Shown here piece by piece: positions 16,371 through 20,000 of a stretch of 20,000 nucleotides of DNA (position 1 is its first letter; each line of letters opens with the position of its first letter). The stretch lies in IMG/VR virus record IMGVR_UViG_3300027801_000017, one strand, 5' to 3'. The notes beneath the pieces are model-generated. The model did no database searches. It worked only from the letters and a program-made list of their open reading frames with translations, and was not told the DNA's origin. The position numbers were made by a program, and so were the translations under genes. This DNA comes from an uncultured virus (IMG/VR IMGVR_UViG_3300027801_000017) (lineage: Duplodnaviria > Heunggongvirae > Uroviricota > Caudoviricetes > Crassvirales).

Positions 16371-19274
16371 ATGAAAAGAATATTATTTATATTATTATTA
16401 CCACTAACTTTATTTGGACAAAAAGAAGTTATCATACATATTACTACCGATGCTTATCCGTTAGAAACTAAATGGACTTTATATAAAGATGCTTATCAGG
16501 GTGATACTATAGGGTATGTTCCGTATGGTCACTATACTCAGGCTAATACGTCTTACATGGATACGTTATATATACCAGACAGTATAGCTAATATTTCTTG
16601 GGCTATATGGGATGATTGGGGGGACGGAATGCCTGGTGGTAGTTATTATGTTTCTGTATGTAGTGATACTATAATAAGTTACCCTGTACCTACATTTACA
16701 AATGGATTAATACATAACAGAGTCATTCCTCAATGTATGCCAAACCCTCCTCCCTGTGTTCCAGCAACTGTTATAATAAATTTAGACCAATACCAAGGTG
16801 AGACTTCTTGGGATATTAAAGATACAAGTGGCTTTACTTATGCCTCTTCAGTGGCTTATAATGGGCATCCTGATTATGCTACAATAATAATACCAGTATG
16901 TATACCTAAAGGGCCTTTAGAATTTACTATATACGATACTTACGGAGATGGATTAAATGGAGCTTTATGGCAAGGACAAGATGGTTCTTACTATGTAGTA
17001 CAATGTAATGATACATTAATATATGGTACAAATCCTGCATTTGATTATGATACGTCACATGTATTTGTATCTGATTCTTGTCCTCCTATATTGGGATGTA
17101 TGGATATTAATTATGTAGAATTTAATCCTTTTTCAAATGTAGATGATGGTTCTTGCTCTATATTAAAAGTATTTGGATGTATTGATACGTCTATGTATAA
17201 TTTTAACCCTACAGCTAATACAATGAATATGATTGATAGTTGTGATTATACATTAGTATTACATGATTTGATGGGGAATGGATGGGTAGGGTCTTCTTTA
17301 AAAATATATGCTGATGATACTACCGAGTACTATAATACTGGTGGGTTTGATGATATTTATAATGTTAGTTTAAGAGCTCCAGCATTAATAGATATGCAAT
17401 TCTTTATTAGTGCTCAAGCTTCTTTAACAACAATAGAATGTGGATTTACTTTAATTAATCCAGAAGGAGATACATTAATAAGTATTCAACCTCCATTTAT
17501 ACAACCATTATTTGTTTATAGTGCAATAACAAATTGTGGCAACACTTGTATAGAAAAAGTATTTGGGTGTACAGATATATTGGCTGTTAATTACGATAAC
17601 TTGGCAAATACAGATAATAATACGTGTTACTATAATCCAGGTTGCTCTAATTCTTCTTTTTTAGAATATTACACTCAAGGATTTGTAGCTGATTATAATG
17701 ATGGAAGTTGTTTAACTCAAGCCGTTTGGGGATGTATAGATAGTTCGGCTTTTAATTACGATTCCCTAGCTAATCTAGATAATGGTGGATGTGTACCTAT
17801 TGTAATAGGGTGCATGCAACCTTTGGCTTTTAACTATAATCCTCAAGCTAATACGCCTGCTACTTGTGTGGCCATAGTATATGGTTGTATGAGCCAAATA
17901 GCTTTCAATTACGACCCATTAGCAAATGTAGATGATGGTTCTTGCATTGCAATTGTACTTGGTTGTACAAATTCAAATGCCTTTAACTATAATCCTTTGG
18001 CAAACGTAAATAACGGTTCATGTATTGCTATTGTTTATGGGTGTATGAATGCTACGATGTTTAATTATAATCCGCAAGCAAATACAAGTAATGGTTCATG
18101 TATTCCTTATGTTTATGGATGTACAGATAATACTGCTTTCAATTATAATCCACTAGCCAACGCTAGTAATAGTAGTTGTATTCCATTTATCTATGGCTGT
18201 ACTGACCCAACTGCATTGAACTACGACCCACTAGCAAATACTAATGATAATTCCTGTATGCCTTATATTTATGGCTGTACTGATTCTACAATGTTTAATT
18301 ATGACCCTTTAGCTAATAGTGATAATAATACATGTATTGAGTTTATTTATGGATGTACGAATCCTATAGCATTAAATTATAATCCTTTAGCTAATACTGA
18401 TAATTTCTCTTGCATTATCCCTATATATGGATGTATGGATAGTTTAGCATTTAATTACAATCCTTTAGCTAATGTTGATAATGGAAGCTGTGTACCTATT
18501 ATATTAGGATGTACTGACCCTATCGCCTTAAACTATTGTGATTCATGTAATACGGATGATTTTTCCTGTATATTACCAATATATGGATGCACAGATAGTA
18601 TAATGTTTAACTTTAATCCTTTAGCCAATGTTGATAATAATACTTGCATCCCTTATATTTATGGTTGTACTGACCCTACCGCTCTTAACTATAACTCCAA
18701 TGCCAATACAGAAGATTTTACTTGTCTACCTTATATGTACGGTTGTACCGATAGTACTGCTCTTAATTATGATTCAACAGCTAATACTGATAATGGTTCG
18801 TGTGTGGCTGTGGTTGAAGGGTGTATGGATGCGAGTGCTTGGAATTATGAACCGTTAGCCAACACTCATGATAGTATTACATGCTTATACGATGCAGGAT
18901 GTGTGGGGGAGACTGGAACCCCTTATTGGTTAAATGACCCTTGCTATGCTTGGGTTATTGAAGTGGATGAATATTGTTGTGAAAACGAATGGGACACTAT
19001 ATGTCAATTAACATATAATCATTGTGCAGTCGGTTTGCCAGAAGATGTGCAGTTAATGAAAAGAGGTTATAATATAAAATTATATCCTAATCCAACTAAC
19101 AGCATAGTTCATATAAATAATTTTGTAGACATACAAGTTTATGATAGAATTGGAAGGTTAATTATAAGTGGTAAGGGTAATTTTGTAGATTTATCTGATT
19201 ACAGTGATGGTGTTTATAATATTATAACTATATTTGAAGGAAAGAAAAATAATTTTAAAATTATAAAAAATTAA
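16371..19274 (+). CDS. Secreted Cys-rich repeat protein with T9SS type A C-terminal sorting domain (967 aa; start reassigned from GTG 16359 to ATG 16371)
   Basis: Signal peptide MKRILFILLLPLTLFG|Q, N-terminal 'D.(W/Y)GDG' beta-domains, 19 GC(T/M)D..A.NY.P.AN.D.GSC repeats, and a 'V..VD.YCC...WD..C' module. The C-terminus 'IKLYPNPT...IQVYDRIGR...DLSDYSDGVY...FKIIKN' has the YPNP, YD..G, G.Y and K..K motifs of the Por secretion tail. Confidence 0.88.
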   Translation: MKRILFILLLPLTLFGQKEVIIHITTDAYPLETKWTLYKDAYQGDTIGYVPYGHYTQANTSYMDTLYIPDSIANISWAIWDDWGDGMPGGSYYVSVCSDTIISYPVPTFTNGLIHNRVIPQCMPNPPPCVPATVIINLDQYQGETSWDIKDTSGFTYASSVAYNGHPDYATIIIPVCIPKGPLEFTIYDTYGDGLNGALWQGQDGSYYVVQCNDTLIYGTNPAFDYDTSHVFVSDSCPPILGCMDINYVEFNPFSNVDDGSCSILKVFGCIDTSMYNFNPTANTMNMIDSCDYTLVLHDLMGNGWVGSSLKIYADDTTEYYNTGGFDDIYNVSLRAPALIDMQFFISAQASLTTIECGFTLINPEGDTLISIQPPFIQPLFVYSAITNCGNTCIEKVFGCTDILAVNYDNLANTDNNTCYYNPGCSNSSFLEYYTQGFVADYNDGSCLTQAVWGCIDSSAFNYDSLANLDNGGCVPIVIGCMQPLAFNYNPQANTPATCVAIVYGCMSQIAFNYDPLANVDDGSCIAIVLGCTNSNAFNYNPLANVNNGSCIAIVYGCMNATMFNYNPQANTSNGSCIPYVYGCTDNTAFNYNPLANASNSSCIPFIYGCTDPTALNYDPLANTNDNSCMPYIYGCTDSTMFNYDPLANSDNNTCIEFIYGCTNPIALNYNPLANTDNFSCIIPIYGCMDSLAFNYNPLANVDNGSCVPIILGCTDPIALNYCDSCNTDDFSCILPIYGCTDSIMFNFNPLANVDNNTCIPYIYGCTDPTALNYNSNANTEDFTCLPYMYGCTDSTALNYDSTANTDNGSCVAVVEGCMDASAWNYEPLANTHDSITCLYDAGCVGETGTPYWLNDPCYAWVIEVDEYCCENEWDTICQLTYNHCAVGLPEDVQLMKRGYNIKLYPNPTNSIVHINNFVDIQVYDRIGRLIISGKGNFVDLSDYSDGVYNIITIFEGKKNNFKIIKN
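17559..18884 (+). repeat. Intragenic tandem array of 17 degenerate ~78-bp (26-aa) Cys-bracketed repeats; two more copies at ~17088-17243
   Basis: Counted in the translation from VFGCTDILAVNY to VEGCMDASAWNY...TC. DNA copies are diverged at synonymous sites. Confidence 0.92.
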
Positions 19275-19277
19275 ACT

Positions 19278-20000
19278 TTGAAATGGTTAGGACAACATAT
19301 TGTAGATTTCATTGCACGCTTTAGAAGTGATGTCTATTTAGAAGATTTAACTACAGATTCATCTACAGATATTCTTGTAGTTGATACAGATGGTAAGATA
19401 TGTAAAAATTCTGGTGCTGGTGATGATACAAGGTTTACTCTAACAGCAGACAGTGGTGTTAACCAAGTTATAGCAGATGGAAATACTTTAGATATAGCTG
19501 GGGGTAATGCGATAACTACAGTAGTTAGTGCTACTGATACTGTAACTATTAATCACAGTGATACATCTACCTTAGTAGATATAGATAATTCTGGTAATAC
19601 TGTTATACAAGATATAGGTTTTGATACATATGGGCATGTTACTTCCCTAGGAACAGCAGACATTCAATCTGTAGAAACTGCTAATAATGCTACATCAGCA
19701 GAATCAGCTGGAGTTGCGACTAATGTTACAGCATCAGCAAATAATACAGCAGATGAAACAGTATACCCAACTTTTGTAGATGGAGCAACTGGGACTCAAG
19801 GAATAGAAACAGATACAGGGTTAACATATAATCCAGGTACAAATATATTATCATCAGTCAATTTTGAAGGAGCATTAGATGGTGATGCAAGTGGAAGTTC
19901 TGGAAGTTGTACAGGTAACGCAGCAACTGCAACGGCTTTAGCTACATCTAGAAATTTTCAAGCAGATTTAGCTAGTACATCAACAGCTGGTTTTACTGGT
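19278..20000 (+). CDS. Tail fibre-like structural protein, N-terminal part (TTG start, runs off the window; not in the ORF track)
   Basis: 241 open codons: MKWLGQHIVDFIARFRSDVYLEDL...FTLTADSGVNQVIADGNTLDIAGG...FDTYGHVTS...TGNAATATALATSRNF. The sequence is Thr/Ala/Gly/Asp-rich with motifs typical of phage fibre shafts. Confidence 0.75.
   Translation, partial: MKWLGQHIVDFIARFRSDVYLEDLTTDSSTDILVVDTDGKICKNSGAGDDTRFTLTADSGVNQVIADGNTLDIAGGNAITTVVSATDTVTINHSDTSTLVDIDNSGNTVIQDIGFDTYGHVTSLGTADIQSVETANNATSAESAGVATNVTASANNTADETVYPTFVDGATGTQGIETDTGLTYNPGTNILSSVNFEGALDGDASGSSGSCTGNAATATALATSRNFQADLASTSTAGFTG

Larger units (their letters stand above)
1..20000 (+). mobile_element. Bacteriophage (or prophage) virion morphogenesis region, podovirus-like, probable Bacteroidota host
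   Basis: All long ORFs are co-oriented and tightly packed. The order tail stabilization, cupin, ejection proteins, giant protein, tail fibre is podovirus-like. No housekeeping genes are present. Bacteroidota-type promoter and T9SS signals are present. Confidence 0.9.

Noticed and set aside
12149..18858. Nested + strand ORFs 12149-12364 and 18628-18858
   Set aside because: Short alternative-frame ORFs inside well-supported genes, with composition explained by the main frame's codon bias.
17559..18884. Repeat array as a CRISPR array or DGR template/variable repeat
   Set aside because: Units are in-frame coding repeats diverged at synonymous positions. There is no constant repeat with unique spacers, no adenine-specific pair, and no cas or reverse transcriptase gene in the window.

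Overview
AT-rich, gene-dense fragment of a tailed (podovirus-like) bacteriophage, with all credible genes on the + strand. The host is probably Bacteroidota/Flavobacteriia, based on TAnnTTTG promoter elements, A-rich translation starts without Shine-Dalgarno motifs and a T9SS sorting domain. Gene order: 5'-truncated tail tubular/stabilization protein, cupin-like protein, two probable internal virion (ejection) proteins, a 2997-aa polyvalent/ejection protein, and a 240-aa structural protein. The giant protein carries a putative ADP-ribosyltransferase domain and a GNAT acetyltransferase domain between repetitive linkers. Next comes a tightly coupled five-gene cell-envelope cassette: a signal-peptide beta-barrel protein, a 54-aa peptide, a TM/coiled-coil protein, a Cys-less exported thioredoxin-fold protein, and a Cys-rich repeat protein with a type IX secretion C-terminal domain. 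A 3'-truncated tail-fibre-like gene ends the window. A conserved 22-27 bp intergenic motif occurs three times. The best candidates for something new are the phage-encoded T9SS cargo cassette and the repeat-delimited enzyme modules in the giant protein. All family assignments are by eye; no database searches were run.
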